A stretch of 64,000 bases of DNA from an uncultured Pseudomonadota bacterium (GCA_963749075.1 CAVVLJ010000017.1:480001-544000), one strand, 5' to 3'. Positions 21,446 through 32,573 are shown, counted from the first letter of the stretch. A program made the numbers and translations. Notes: a model not told the origin generated them from the sequence alone.

Positions 21446-21898
21446 TTACGTCTCGAGCCGGTGCTGCGGCCGCCACTGCGTCCGCCAGGCCTCGCCGAAA
21501 TCCTCGAGCCGGCAGCGGATGGCCTCGGCATCGAGCCGGATGGTGCCGCCGCCCGCAAAGAGCAGGAGGATGGCGGCCCGGCCCGCCGCCGCCGCGTCCG
21601 TCACCACGGCGAGGAGCTCGAGGAGCCGCTCGCGCTTGGCCTGCTCGATGCCCTGCAGCGTCACCCCGTCGACGCCCTCGAAGGTGACGGCGGAGGCGAT
21701 GCGCTCGAAGACGGCCGCGCCGCCGGCCGGCTGCGGCGCGCAGCCCTCCCAGCGGAAGCGGTTGACCGCGATGACGAAGCGCCGCGCCGCGCGCTCGTAG
21801 CGCATGTCGGCGAGGGGGACCAGGGAGTCCTGCAGGCAGCTCGAGATGACCGCGAGATCTTCGGCGTCCTCGGCCCTGAGGTGCAATGCTGCGGCCAT
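21446..21898 (-). CDS. DUF2948 family protein
   Basis: LRAEDAEDLAVISSCLQD, NRFRWE, C-terminal P.H; downstream of murA. Confidence 0.85.
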   Translation of the reverse strand: MAAALHLRAEDAEDLAVISSCLQDSLVPLADMRYERAARRFVIAVNRFRWEGCAPQPAGGAAVFERIASAVTFEGVDGVTLQGIEQAKRERLLELLAVVTDAAAAGRAAILLLFAGGGTIRLDAEAIRCRLEDFGEAWRTQWRPQHRLET

Positions 21899-21917
21899 GC
21901 CCCTCGCCCGCCCCCGC

Positions 21918-23204
21918 TTACTCCTTGAGGCGCTCGATCTCCGCCCCGCAGTCGGTCAGCTTCTCCTCCAGGCGCTCGTAGCCGCGATCGAGGTGGTAGA
22001 CGCGGTTCAGCACCGTCTCGCCCTCCGCGGCGAGGCCGGCGAGCACGAGCGAGACGGAGGCGCGCAGGTCGGTCGCCATCACCGGAGCGCCCGAGAGCCG
22101 CGCCACCCCGCGCACGATGGCGGAGGTACCCTGGAGGTTGATGTTCGCCCCCATGCGCATGAGCTCGGGCGCGTGCATGAAGCGGTTCTCGAAAATGGTC
22201 TCGGTGATCATGGAGGCGCCCTCGGCCACGGTCATGAGGGCCATGAACTGCGCCTGCAGGTCGGTGGGGAAGCCGGGAAAGGGCTCGGTCATCATGTCGA
22301 CGCCCTTGAGGGCGCCATTGGCCCGGCTCACCTTGACGCCCTGGTTGGTCTCGACGAGCGCCACGCCGGCGGCGCCGAGGGTCTCCGCCACGGCGCCGAT
22401 CGCCGCGAGACGCGCGCCCAGGAGCTCGACCTCGCCGTCGGTGATCGCCGCGGCGATGGCATAGGTGCCGGCCTCGATGCGGTCCGGGATGATCTCGTGG
22501 TGGGCGCCGTGGAGGCGCTCCTTGCCCTGGATGCGCAGCGTCTCGCTGCCGATCCCCTCGATCTCGGCGCCCATGGCAACGAGGCAGCGCGCGAGATCCG
22601 CGACCTCGGGCTCGCGCGCCGCGTTCTCGATCACGCTCTCGCCGCGCGCCAGCACGGCGGCCATCAGCACGTTCTCGGTGGCGCCGACCGAGATCATGGG
22701 AAAGGTGATGCGCGCGCCCCGGAGGCCGTCCGGCGCCCGGGCATGGATGTAGCCGCCGGCGAGCTCGATCTCGGCGCCGAGCTGGGAGAGCCCCTTGAGA
22801 TGCAGGTCCACCGGCCGCGTGCCAATGGCGCAGCCGCCCGGCAGCGAGACCTTGGCCTCGCCCATGCGCGCCACGAGCGGACCCAGGACCAGGACCGAGG
22901 CGCGCATCTTGCGCACCAGGTCGTAGGGTGCCGTCGTATTGGCGATACGGCCGGCCGAGAGCGAGAGCGCGCGGCCCGCATGGCCGCCGTTCGGCGCATG
23001 GCCGTTCATCTCGATCTCGACGCCGAGCTGGCCCAAGAGGCTCGCCATGGTCGTGATGTCGACGAGGTGAGGCAAGTTGGCGAGCGTCAGCGTGTCGTCG
23101 CTCAAGAGGCTCGCGGCGAGAAGCGGCAGGGCCGCATTCTTGGCGCCGCCGACGCGAATGGTTCCCCTGATCTTGCTGCCGCCGCGGACGCGGATCTTGT
23201 CCAT
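21918..23204 (-). CDS. murA: UDP-N-acetylglucosamine 1-carboxyvinyltransferase
   Basis: [46 protein letters not shown]. Confidence 0.98.
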   Translation of the reverse strand: MDKIRVRGGSKIRGTIRVGGAKNAALPLLAASLLSDDTLTLANLPHLVDITTMASLLGQLGVEIEMNGHAPNGGHAGRALSLSAGRIANTTAPYDLVRKMRASVLVLGPLVARMGEAKVSLPGGCAIGTRPVDLHLKGLSQLGAEIELAGGYIHARAPDGLRGARITFPMISVGATENVLMAAVLARGESVIENAAREPEVADLARCLVAMGAEIEGIGSETLRIQGKERLHGAHHEIIPDRIEAGTYAIAAAITDGEVELLGARLAAIGAVAETLGAAGVALVETNQGVKVSRANGALKGVDMMTEPFPGFPTDLQAQFMALMTVAEGASMITETIFENRFMHAPELMRMGANINLQGTSAIVRGVARLSGAPVMATDLRASVSLVLAGLAAEGETVLNRVYHLDRGYERLEEKLTDCGAEIERLKE

Positions 23205-23359
23205 TCAATTCCCCGTGGACGGGCGCTTGGCGCCCTGCCATCTTCGCTCGCGGCGGGCTTCGCCCAAAGGCCGCTCGCTGCCCTTATAGCTGGCGCGCGG
23301 GCGAGAACGCTAGTGGCGACTTCCGCGCGCGCTGCCGGCTCTTTCAAGATGGAGGGGAC

Positions 23360-23770
23360 ATGTTGAAGGAATTCAGGGACTTCGCGATGCGCGGCAACGT
23401 GGTCGACCTGGCGATCGGCGTCATCATCGGCGCCGCCTTCGGCAAGATCGTGAGCTCGCTGGTGACCGACGTGATCATGCCTCCCATCGGCCTCATCCTC
23501 GGCAATCTCGACTTCTCGAGCCTCTTCATCGACCTCTCGGGCAAGGGCTACGCCACGCTCGCCGCGGCCAAGGCGGCGGGCGCGCCGACGCTCAGCTACG
23601 GTCTCTTCATCAACAGCGTGATCGACTTCCTCATCGTCGCCTTCGCGATCTTCATCGTGGTGCGCCAGATCAACCGCCTCGTCGCCAAGCCCGAAGCAGC
23701 GGAAGCGCCGCCGAGCAAGAGCGAGCTTCTCCTCTCCGACATCCGCGACATCCTGAAGCAGCGGCCTTAG
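23360..23770 (+). CDS. mscL: Large-conductance mechanosensitive channel
   Basis: [35 protein letters not shown]. Confidence 0.96.
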   Translation: MLKEFRDFAMRGNVVDLAIGVIIGAAFGKIVSSLVTDVIMPPIGLILGNLDFSSLFIDLSGKGYATLAAAKAAGAPTLSYGLFINSVIDFLIVAFAIFIVVRQINRLVAKPEAAEAPPSKSELLLSDIRDILKQRP

Positions 23771-24132
23771 CGGCCCGCCTGCGCTGCGGGGCGGCGGGCT
23801 GCACCTCCCGTGCCGCGCCAGGCACCCGTCCCGGCCGCCGTGCAAAACCAAATCCGCAATAGGCCTCAATAGCTTCGCATGTATTGCGGGAGCCGCCGCA
23901 AGCCGCGGCCAGGGCGACGGCAGGGCCTCGCGCGGCGCGCCGGAACGGCCTCCGGGGGAGCCGCAGCACAGCACCGAAGCTCCCCGACGGCACGGCCGCG
24001 GGCCGCGCTCCTCCTTGATTTTGCCTTTGAAAATGCCATGGATCATTGTATCTTGCCTGCGGTCACTCGCGCGCTAACGGGCTCGCCTGCACGTCAAGAC
24101 AAGGAAATCAAGGGGATCATAGGGCAGGGCGA

Positions 24133-25185
24133 ATGAGAACCACACTGCTGCGACTCTGCGCGCTGGCGATCGCTCTGGTCGGGCTCGCCGCATTGCCCGA
24201 CCCGGCCGCGGCCCAACATCCGGCCAACGGCTTCTATGTGAGCGGCGAGGCGGGCGCCACCTTCCAGTCGACCCAGGATATCTGGGGCAACGGCGTGAGC
24301 GCCCACATGGAGCCGGATGTCGGCCTCGCCATCCTGGGTGCCGGCGGCTACCGCTTCTGGGACGACTTCCGGATCGAGGAAGAGCCCAGCTGGCGCCGGG
24401 CCACCATCTCGAAGATCAACGGCGGGCCGGCTTCGGGCAGCATGTCCGCCTTCGCCATGATGACCAACCTGGTCTACGACATCCCGCTCGGCCTCGGCCC
24501 CATCGTGCCGTTCGTCGGCGGCGGCGTCGGCTTCGCCTATACCGCTTTCAGCGGCATCACCCCGGTCGGCGGCTCGACGGTGAACGACAACGATACCGTC
24601 TTCGTGATGCAGGGCATCGCCGGCGTCTCCTACAACCTCTCCGATCAATTGGCGCTGGTCGCCGCCTACCGCTTCTTCTCGCCGGACGGCTCGAACATCG
24701 AGACCGGGCTCGGCACCAAGGTGCACGGCGCGGACCAGTCGCACACGGTGACGGTTGGCCTGCGCTGGAGCTTCGGCGAGGCCGAGCAGCCCAAGCCGCA
24801 GCCGGCCGCAGCCCCGGCACCGGCCCCTGCCCCGCCGCCGCCGGCACCGGCGCCCGCGGTGCGCTCCTTCGTCGTGTTCTTCGGCTTCGACAGCGCGATG
24901 CTCGACGAGAGCGCCAAGAAGGTGGTGACCGAGGCCTCGGCCTATGCGCGGGACAATCAGCTGACGCACATCGAGGTGGTCGGGCACACCGACCGCTCCG
25001 GCCCCGAGAAGTACAACGAGCGGCTCTCGCTCCGCCGCGCCAATGCGGTCAAGGCCGAGATGATCCGGCTCGGCATCGCCGCCGACCAGATCGCGGTGCA
25101 AGCCAAGGGCATGAGCGACCCGGCGGTGCCGACCCCGCTCGGCGTGCGCGAACCGCGCAACCGCCGCGCGGAGATCACGTTCTAG
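24133..25185 (+). CDS. OmpA family protein (beta-barrel, Pro/Ala linker, peptidoglycan-binding domain)
   Basis: Signal peptide, PFVGGGVG, PAPAP linker, VFFGFD, GHTDRSG...NERLSLRRA, NRRAEI. Confidence 0.9.
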   Translation: MRTTLLRLCALAIALVGLAALPDPAAAQHPANGFYVSGEAGATFQSTQDIWGNGVSAHMEPDVGLAILGAGGYRFWDDFRIEEEPSWRRATISKINGGPASGSMSAFAMMTNLVYDIPLGLGPIVPFVGGGVGFAYTAFSGITPVGGSTVNDNDTVFVMQGIAGVSYNLSDQLALVAAYRFFSPDGSNIETGLGTKVHGADQSHTVTVGLRWSFGEAEQPKPQPAAAPAPAPAPPPPAPAPAVRSFVVFFGFDSAMLDESAKKVVTEASAYARDNQLTHIEVVGHTDRSGPEKYNERLSLRRANAVKAEMIRLGIAADQIAVQAKGMSDPAVPTPLGVREPRNRRAEITF

Positions 25186-25280
25186 CCCTCGCAGTCGTCG
25201 ACCCACGGGCAATCCCTTCCCCGCCCCAAAGGGGGCTATGGGATTCGTACATCCTGAGGAGACTTGGAGCGCCGTCACGG

Positions 25281-25444
25281 GTCCTTCGAGACGCGGCCCC
25301 GGCGCGCCGGCGCGCCTCTCTTGCATGATGCAAGAGAGCCGGCCTTCGGCCCGCGGAGCGCTCCTCAGGTTGAGGCAAAATTGTGTGTGGCGGAATGATT
25401 TAGCCTCGTCCTGAGGAGCGAGCGCTGCGAGCGTCTCGAAGGAC
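25281..25444. repeat. Intergenic palindromic repeat (alphaproteobacterial REP/RPE-like)
   Basis: GTCCTTCGAGACGC...GCTCCTCAGG.TGAGGC, then spacer, then GCCTCG.CCTGAGGAGC...GCGTCTCGAAGGAC. Confidence 0.7.
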
Positions 25445-25477
25445 CCACCGCAACCGGGCCGAGGCCCCTCAGCGATG

Positions 25478-25702
25478 TCACCGGCGCGGCTTAGCGGCGT
25501 CGTTTCCCGTGTCGCTCGGCTCCGCTTCGGATGCCTCGCCGCCACGCACATCCCGGCGCGCGAGATCGGCCTTGCGCCGAACGAGGTTGGCGCGCAATGC
25601 CGCCGCGAGATCGGCCTCGCGCGCGCGGCGGGCCGGCGCCTTGGCCGGTGCCAACCGCGGGCGGCGCACCGCCGCCTCTTTGGCGCTCTTCTCCTCGGCC
25701 AT
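25478..25702 (-). CDS. Small basic hypothetical protein
   Basis: MAEEK...LAAALRANLVRRK; start overlaps the stop of the upstream gene. Confidence 0.6.
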   Translation of the reverse strand: MAEEKSAKEAAVRRPRLAPAKAPARRAREADLAAALRANLVRRKADLARRDVRGGEASEAEPSDTGNDAAKPRR

Positions 25703-28116
25703 CAGCTTCGCATGCTCCGGCCTTGCGGGTCGAAGAGCGGCTCCCGAGCGAGCTCGGCCGGCCGCCGCTCGCCCAGGATCTCGATCTCGAAGCTGCCGTC
25801 CGCCTCGGCGAGTGCTGCCGGAACGTAGCCGAGCGCCAGCGACTTGGCGACGTGGTGCGCATAGCCGCCGGAGGTGATCCAGCCGACCACCTTGCCCGCG
25901 TGCCACACCGGCTCGTCGCCCATCGCATCGGCGCCGTTGTCCTCGACGGTGAAGGCGACGAGGCGGCGCTTGGGGCCTTCCTCCTTCTCGCGCAATGCGG
26001 CGTCCCGCCCGATGAAGTCGTTCTTGCGCAAGTCGACGAAGCGGCCGAGCCCGGCCTCGAAGGGGCCGTAGATCGGGCGGAACTCCCGCGCCCAGCTGCC
26101 GAAGCTCTTCTCGAGGCGGAGCGCGTTCAAGGCCCGCGCGCCGAAGTGGCGCAGGCCCAGCTCACGGCCGGCCTCGACGATGCGCTCGTAGAGCGCGCGC
26201 TGATAATCCGTGGCGACCCAGATCTCGTAGCCGAGATCGCCCGTGAAGGTGATGCGGCCGACCTTGGCCGGGATCATGCCGATGTCGATCTCGCGGAAGG
26301 CGAGGAAGGGGAAGGCCGCGTTCGAGACGTTGGCGTCGGTGAGGCGTGCGAGGAGCGCCCGCGATTGCGGTCCGGCGAGCGAGAGGCCGACGAGCTCGGC
26401 TGAGAGCGGGCGGAGGGCGACGCCCTTCTCAGGGAGATGTGCCGCGAACCAGCGCATGTGGTAGGCCTCGGCAATGCCCGAGCCGAACACGAGGAAGCGC
26501 TCCGCTCCGAGCTTGGCGACCGTGAAGTCGCCGATCAGCTTGCCGTTCGCGTTGAGCATGGGTGCCAGATGGATGCGGCCCTCGCCCGGCATGCGATTGA
26601 CGAGGAGACGGGAGAGCCAGGCTTCGGCGCCCGGCCCGCTCGCCTCGTAGCGGGCGTAGGTCGAGATCTCCATGAGCCCGACCCCGCCGCGCACGGCACG
26701 GCACTCCTCGCCGACGATGGCATGGGCGGAGGAGCGGCGGAAGGTGACCTCCTCGGCGGCCTCCTTGCCCGCCGGCGCATACCAGAGGGCGTGCTCGAGC
26801 CCGTAGGAGGCGCCGAAGAAGGCGCCGTGCGCCTTGAGCCGGCCGTAGATGGGCGTCGTGCGCAACGGGCGCGCCGCCGGCAGCTCCTCGTTGGGAAAGC
26901 GGATGCGGAAGCGCCGCGAGTAATTCTCGCGCACCTTGGCGTTGGTATAGGCGAGCGTGGCCCAGTCGCCGAAGCGGGAGGCGTCCATCGCCCAGACGTC
27001 GGAGCCCGGGTCGCCCTCGACCATCCAGTTGGCGAGCGTCAGCCCCACCCCGCCGCCCTGGCTGAAGCCGGCCATCACGCCGCACGCGAGCCAGTAGTTG
27101 CGCAAGCCCTTGACCGGCCCCACCACCGGATTGCCGTCGGGCGCAAAGGTGAAGGGCCCGTTGATCACTTTCTTGATGCCGGCGCGCTCGATGGGCGGAA
27201 AATGCCGGAAGCCGACCTCGAGGCTGGGGGCGATGCGGTCGAGGTCCGGCGGCAAGAGCTCGTGGCTGAAGTTCCACGGCGTCGTGCGCTCGGACCACGG
27301 TACGCAGGCGCGCTCATAGGTGCCCATCAGCATGCCGTCGCCTTCCTGGCGCATGTAGATCTCGCCCTCGAAGTCGATGGCGTGGAGCATCTCGTGCGCC
27401 GAGGCCTTGACCTCGGGAATGGCCTCGGTGATGAGGTACTGGTGCTCCATGGCGAGGACGGGAAGCTCGAGGCCGACCATGCGGCCGACCTCGCGCGCCC
27501 ACAGGCCGCCCGCGTTCACCACGTGCTCGGCGTGGACGGTGCCCTTGTCGGTGACGACCTTCCAGCCGCCGTCCTTGTGCTGCTCGAGCGCCTCGACGCG
27601 GGTGAAGCGGTAGACCTCGGCACCCTGAACGCGCGCCGCCTTGGCATAGGCGTGGGTCACGCCCGAGGGATCGACGTGGCCCTCGATGGGGTCGTAGAGG
27701 GCGCCCACGAAATACTTCTTCTCCATGAGCGGGAAGAGGCGCTCGGCCTCGCCCAAGGAGACGAACTCGGTCTTCATGCCGAGATAGCGTCCGCGCGCCT
27801 GGACCTGCTTCAGCCAGTCGAGCCGCTCGGGGCTGCCCGCCAGCATGATGCCGCCGGTGATGTGCACGCCGCAGGACTGCCCGGAGATCGCCTCGATCTC
27901 CTTATAGAGGTTGATGGTGTATTGCTGGAGCTTGGCCACGTTGGGGTCGAGGTTGATCGTGTGCATGCCGCCGGCGGCGTGCCACGTCGAGCCCGAGGTG
28001 AGCTCGTCGCGCTCGAAGAGGGCCACGTCCTTCCAGCCCGCCTTGGTCAGGTGATAAAGCACGCTGCAGCCGACCACCCCGCCGCCGATCACGGCGACCT
28101 GGACATGCGATTTCAT
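25702..28116 (-). CDS. FAD-dependent GcvT-family oxidoreductase (dimethylglycine/sarcosine dehydrogenase-like)
   Basis: IGGGVVG, TSGSTWHAAG, NGPFTFAPDGNP, C-terminal THF domain (TGDLGYE, LRLEKSF). Confidence 0.9.
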   Translation of the reverse strand: MKSHVQVAVIGGGVVGCSVLYHLTKAGWKDVALFERDELTSGSTWHAAGGMHTINLDPNVAKLQQYTINLYKEIEAISGQSCGVHITGGIMLAGSPERLDWLKQVQARGRYLGMKTEFVSLGEAERLFPLMEKKYFVGALYDPIEGHVDPSGVTHAYAKAARVQGAEVYRFTRVEALEQHKDGGWKVVTDKGTVHAEHVVNAGGLWAREVGRMVGLELPVLAMEHQYLITEAIPEVKASAHEMLHAIDFEGEIYMRQEGDGMLMGTYERACVPWSERTTPWNFSHELLPPDLDRIAPSLEVGFRHFPPIERAGIKKVINGPFTFAPDGNPVVGPVKGLRNYWLACGVMAGFSQGGGVGLTLANWMVEGDPGSDVWAMDASRFGDWATLAYTNAKVRENYSRRFRIRFPNEELPAARPLRTTPIYGRLKAHGAFFGASYGLEHALWYAPAGKEAAEEVTFRRSSAHAIVGEECRAVRGGVGLMEISTYARYEASGPGAEAWLSRLLVNRMPGEGRIHLAPMLNANGKLIGDFTVAKLGAERFLVFGSGIAEAYHMRWFAAHLPEKGVALRPLSAELVGLSLAGPQSRALLARLTDANVSNAAFPFLAFREIDIGMIPAKVGRITFTGDLGYEIWVATDYQRALYERIVEAGRELGLRHFGARALNALRLEKSFGSWAREFRPIYGPFEAGLGRFVDLRKNDFIGRDAALREKEEGPKRRLVAFTVEDNGADAMGDEPVWHAGKVVGWITSGGYAHHVAKSLALGYVPAALAEADGSFEIEILGERRPAELAREPLFDPQGRSMRS

Positions 28117-28358
28117 TTGCGCCCCTTCCGGCCTCGGACCCTCGGCCAGTATAGCGGCGGCGGCCCCATGCGGACGATCAGAATTGCTTATTGCGCGGCG
28201 GCCCCGCATTTGACCGGCCACGGCACCGGGGTTATCCTCGTCCAGCCAAACCCGGAAAAAACAGGGACGGCTTCAAGGGCTCGGGAGACGGAGACGCGCG
28301 GCGGAGCATGGCCGCGCCGCCGCTCCCCTGCCCCTCGAGCTCCCCGGCCGAGCGGTGG

Positions 28359-29300
28359 ATGATGGCGCGTTTCCTCCTCAAGCATCTCCTCTTCCTCTGC
28401 TTGACACTCGCCGTCGTCTCCCTTCTCGTCTTCCTCCTGACCGAGCTCACGCCCGGCGACGTGGCGCGCAAGTACCTGGGCGCCTATGCGACCCAGGAGC
28501 AGGTCGACATCCTCAACAAGAAGATGGGGCTCGACCGCCCCGTGCTCGTGCGTTACGTCGAGTTCGTGGGCCGGCTGCTCTCGGGCGATCTCGGCACCTC
28601 CACGCGCTTCCGCGTGCCGGTCAAGGACATCATCTTCGACCGCCTGGCCAACACGGGACTCCTGGCGCTGGTCTCGTTCCTCGTCATCGTGCCGCTCTCG
28701 ATGCTGCTCGGCATCGCCGCCGGCATGCGCGAAGGATCGCTCCTCGACCGCTGCATCCTGCTCGCGAGCGCGCTTCTCGCCTCGATCCCGGAATTCGCCC
28801 TCGGCGTCTTCCTCGCCAGCGTCTTCGTGGTGAGCTTGCGCTGGCTGCCCGGCACGGCGACCCTCGAGCCCGGCGGCCGCTGGCCGATCGCGGAGCAGCT
28901 CATCCTGCCGGTCGCCGTCATCGTGCTCTTCGACATGGGCTACGTCGTCAGCATGGTGCGCGCCTCGATGGTCGAGGTCATGCGCCAGCCCTATATCCGC
29001 ACCGCGGTGCTCAAGGGCTTGAGCTTCCGCGGCGTGGTGCTCGGCCACGCGCTGCGCAACGCCATGATCACGCCGGTGACGGTGATCCTGCTGCAGATCA
29101 ACTACCTCGTCACCGGCGTGGTGGTGGTCGAGAGCGTCTTCGCCTATCCGGGCTTCGGGCGCATGATGCTCGAGGCCTCGCTCTACAAGGACATCGCCCT
29201 CATCGAGTCGGGCGCCCTCGTCGCCGTATTCGTCGCGGTGATGACGCAGATCCTGGGCGACCTCGCCTACATGCTGCTAGACCCCCGCATCCGCGGCTGA
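28359..29300 (+). CDS. Peptide-type ABC transporter permease (DppB-like)
   Basis: PGDVA, GLDRP, GDLG.S, TAVLKGL, HALRNA, LLDPRIR. Confidence 0.9.
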   Translation: MMARFLLKHLLFLCLTLAVVSLLVFLLTELTPGDVARKYLGAYATQEQVDILNKKMGLDRPVLVRYVEFVGRLLSGDLGTSTRFRVPVKDIIFDRLANTGLLALVSFLVIVPLSMLLGIAAGMREGSLLDRCILLASALLASIPEFALGVFLASVFVVSLRWLPGTATLEPGGRWPIAEQLILPVAVIVLFDMGYVVSMVRASMVEVMRQPYIRTAVLKGLSFRGVVLGHALRNAMITPVTVILLQINYLVTGVVVVESVFAYPGFGRMMLEASLYKDIALIESGALVAVFVAVMTQILGDLAYMLLDPRIRG

Positions 29301-29314
29301 GCGAGGACGGCGCC

Positions 29315-30214
29315 ATGGGCCTCGACAGCATCGCAGAAGAGGCCGCCCCGGCAAGGCGCCCTCTCGCTCAGCGCGCGGCAGCCGGCAGACGGCTCTCGTC
29401 GCTTTCCCGCCTGACCAGCTCGCCCGTGACGCTCATAGGTCTCGGCATCGTGCTGTTCTGGGCGGTCCTCGCCCTCCTGGCACCGCTCATCGCCCCCTAT
29501 CCGCCGAACGCCACCGACGTGCTGGCAGCAGCCCATCCGACGCCTTCGGCCGCGCACATCCTCGGCACCGACCACCTCGGGCGCGACATCCTCTCGCGCA
29601 TCCTCTGGGGGGCGCGGCGCGTGCTCACCGTGGCGCCCATCGCCGTGCTCGCCGCGGCCGCGGCGGGCGCCCTCCTCGGGCTTGCCGCCGGCTATTACCG
29701 GGGTGCCGCCGACCTCGTCATCTCGCGCATCGCCGACATCCTGCTCTCCTTTCCGGTGATCATCCTCTACATGATCGTGCTGACGATGTTCGGCTCCTCC
29801 GCCCTCAACATCGTCCTCGTCATCGCCATCACCAAGGCGCCGATCGTCGCGCGCATCGTGCGCGGATTGACGCTCGAGCTCAGCGAGCGCGAATACATCG
29901 CCGCAGCGAAGATGCGCGGCGAGAGCGCGCTCTACATCATGCTCGTCGAGATACTGCCCAACGCGCGGGGGCCGCTCATCGTCGACATGTGCCTGCGCAT
30001 GGGCTACACGACGATCACCATCGGCGTGCTCGGCTTCCTCGGCATCGGCCTGCCGCCGCCCGATCCCGACTGGGGCGGCATGGTCAAGGACACCTACGGC
30101 ATGATGTCGGTGTGGCCGCACATGTCGCTCATCCCCTGCGCCGCCATCTCCTCGCTCGTCATCGGCTTCAACCTCCTCGCCATCGGGCTCAGGGAGGGCG
30201 CCCTCCGTGAGTGA
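29315..30214 (+). CDS. Peptide-type ABC transporter permease (DppC-like)
   Basis: LGTDHLGRDILSR, EYIAAAKMRGE, ILPN, PPPDPDWG. Confidence 0.9.
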   Translation: MGLDSIAEEAAPARRPLAQRAAAGRRLSSLSRLTSSPVTLIGLGIVLFWAVLALLAPLIAPYPPNATDVLAAAHPTPSAAHILGTDHLGRDILSRILWGARRVLTVAPIAVLAAAAAGALLGLAAGYYRGAADLVISRIADILLSFPVIILYMIVLTMFGSSALNIVLVIAITKAPIVARIVRGLTLELSEREYIAAAKMRGESALYIMLVEILPNARGPLIVDMCLRMGYTTITIGVLGFLGIGLPPPDPDWGGMVKDTYGMMSVWPHMSLIPCAAISSLVIGFNLLAIGLREGALRE

Positions 30215-32340
30215 GGCGGCACCCGTCCTCGAGCTCGACCGCGTGCGCCTCTCCTTCTTGACGCGCATGGGCGAGATCAACGTGACGCCGGGGCTCACCC
30301 TCTCGATCGCGCGCGGCGAAGCGCTCGGCCTCGTCGGCGAATCAGGCTCGGGCAAGTCGACCGTCGCCTTCGCGATCCTGCGCTACCTCGGGCCGCTCGG
30401 GCGCATCATGGGCGGCCGCATCCGCTTCGAGGGGCAGGACATCGCGGCCATGAGCGAGGCGAAGCTGCGCGCGCTGCGCGGCCGCCGCATCGCCATGGTC
30501 TATCAGGACCCCATGAGCAGCCTGAACCCGGTGATGACCATCGGCCGCCAGCTCATGGAGGTGCCGATGCTGCACGAGGGGCTCGGCGCCGAGGCGGCGC
30601 GGGCGCGCGCCGCCGCCATGCTCGAGGAGGTCAATTTCGCCGATCCGGCGGGGATCATGGCGCGCTACCCGCATCAGCTCTCGGGCGGCCAGCAGCAGCG
30701 CATCGTCATCGCCATGGCGCTCATCGCGAGGCCGGCACTCCTCATCATGGACGAGCCGACGACCGGGCTCGACGTGACCGTCGAGGCCGCCGTTCTCGAG
30801 CTGGTGGCGGCCTTGCGGCGGCGGCACGACACCGCCCTCCTCTTCATCAGCCACAACCTCGGCACGGTGGCGCAAGTTTGCGACCGCATCGCCGTGCTCT
30901 ACGGCGGCGAGCTCGTCGAGGAGGGGCCGATCCGCGCGGTCTTCGCCGACCCGCGCCATCCCTATACGCGCGGCCTCCTCGACTGCCTGCCGCGGCTCGG
31001 ACGCAGCCGCTCCGAGATGCCGCTGAAGCCCATTCCCGGCCAGGCGCTCTCGCCCACGGCGCGGCCGCCGGGCTGCGGCTTCGCACCGCGCTGCGCCCAT
31101 GCCGAGCCGCCCGCGTGCACGGAGCGCGCCATCCCCCGCCTGGCGGTCGCCGGCCAGCCCGGCCACAGCGCGCTCTGCGTCAAGGCGGCAAGCCTCCCAC
31201 CGTGGCAGTCCTCGCGCGGCGGCGCCGAGGTGCAAGTTGCCGCGATCGAGACGCCCGTCCTCCTCGCGACCGAGCGCCTCGCCAAGGACTACCGCCAGGG
31301 GGGCGGCCTCTTCGGCGGCAGCGGCCGCGCCGTGCGGGCGCTCGCTGCCGTCGACCTCGTCCTGCGGCGCGGCGAGACGCTCGCCATCGTCGGCGAGTCC
31401 GGCTGCGGCAAATCGACCTTCGCACGGCTGCTCTCCGGCCTCGAGGTGGCGAGCGCGGGCCGCGTCACACTCGACGGCGAGGAGATCGGCGGCCTCCGCG
31501 TCGAGGCCCGTCCGGTGCGGCTCAAGCGCAAGCTGCAGATGGTATTCCAGAACCCCGACAGCACCCTCAATCCGAGCCATCGCGTGGGCTATGCCGTGGC
31601 GCGGGCGCTCCGGCGTCTCAAGGGCCTGCGCCCGGCCGCGGCCGCGCGCGAAGCGCTCGAGCTCTTCGAGGTGGTCAAGCTCTCGCCCGAATTGGCGCAG
31701 CGCATGCCCCACCAGCTCTCGGGCGGGCAGAAGCAGCGCGTGGCGCTCGCCAGAGCGCTCGCCGGCGATCCGGAGCTGATCATCGCGGACGAGCCGGTCT
31801 CCTCGCTCGACGTTCTCGGTGCAGGCGGCGATCGTCAATCTCTTCTCCGAGCTGCAGAGCGCGGGCGGCAAGAGCCTCGTCTTCATCTCCCACGATCTCG
31901 GCGTGGTGCGCTATCTCGCGGACCGCGTGGCCGTCATGTATCTCGGCAAGGTCGTCGAGTCCGGACCTGTGGCCGCGGTCTTCGCCCCGCCCCATCACCC
32001 CTATACCGAGGCGCTGCTCTCGGCCGTGCCCGAGCCCGACCCGGAGCGGCGCCAGGCGCGCATCATCCTCGAAGGCACGCTGCCGAGTGCTGCCGACCCG
32101 CCCAAGGGCTGCCCCTTCGCCTCGCGCTGTCCGCGGAAAGTGGGCGCCATCTGCGATACGACGCCGCCGCCGGAAATGCCGGGCGAGGACGGCCACCGCA
32201 TCGCCTGCCACATCCCGCTCGACGAGCTCGTGCGGCTCAATGCGGCGGGCGCGCCGGCTGCGACCCCCCACCCTACCCTCCCCCTCAAGGGGGGAGGGGA
32301 AGTGCATAGCATGGCCACAAACGTCCCCCTCCCCCCTTGA
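30207..32340 (+). pseudogene. Fused DppD/F dual ABC ATPase with a one-base frameshift near 31813 (real or read error)
   Basis: Two Walker A motifs (GESGSGKS, GESGCGKS). The expected SSLDVSVQAAIV is broken by an extra T (GACGTTCTCGGTG); the C-terminus continues in ORF 31819-32340. Confidence 0.8.
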
Positions 32341-32361
32341 GGGGGAGGGTTGGGGTGGGGG
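32264..32361. repeat. Palindromic element CCCCCACCC..CCCTCCCCC...GGGGGAGGG..GGGTGGGGG (REP/RPE-like)
   Basis: Two roughly 37-nt inverted arms, each with an internal hairpin, around a short spacer. Confidence 0.8.
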
Positions 32362-32366
32362 GTATC

Positions 32367-32448
32367 CTATTCCACCCGCCCGTAACGCCGCTGCTTCAGG
32401 CGCTCGGTGCTCATGGTGCCGGGCTTGGTGTCGTAGCCGAGGAGGGCG
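32367..32448 (-). repeat. Diverged duplicate of the last 82 bp of gene 32924-33745
   Basis: 74 of 82 nt match 32924-33005; encodes ALLGYDTKPGTMSTERLKQRRYGRVE-stop. Confidence 0.92.
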
Positions 32449-32552
32449 GCTTGCGCGGCTTCTGGGCCGTCACGGTCCGCGCCGACTGGCGGATTATCCG
32501 GCGCTTCGAGGGCGCGAACGCCGTGGACGTGGACTTGATCGACTACCACTGA
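32449..32552 (+). pseudogene. higB: HigB (RelE-family) toxin, C-terminal remnant
   Basis: LRGFWAVTVRADWRIIRRFEG...DVDLIDYH-stop, directly upstream of higA; N-terminus missing. Confidence 0.8.
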
Positions 32553-32573
32553 GAGAGAAAGGAAGCTCGGACC

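Noticed and set aside
19384-21558. 724-aa ORF as an extended HisD
   Set aside because: The extension is an alternate frame over hisG; HisD homology starts at GTG 20691.
26437-28362. Long antisense ORFs (also 21804-23366, 40090-41817, 47924-49897)
   Set aside because: They mirror well-supported genes on the other strand and have no motifs of their own.
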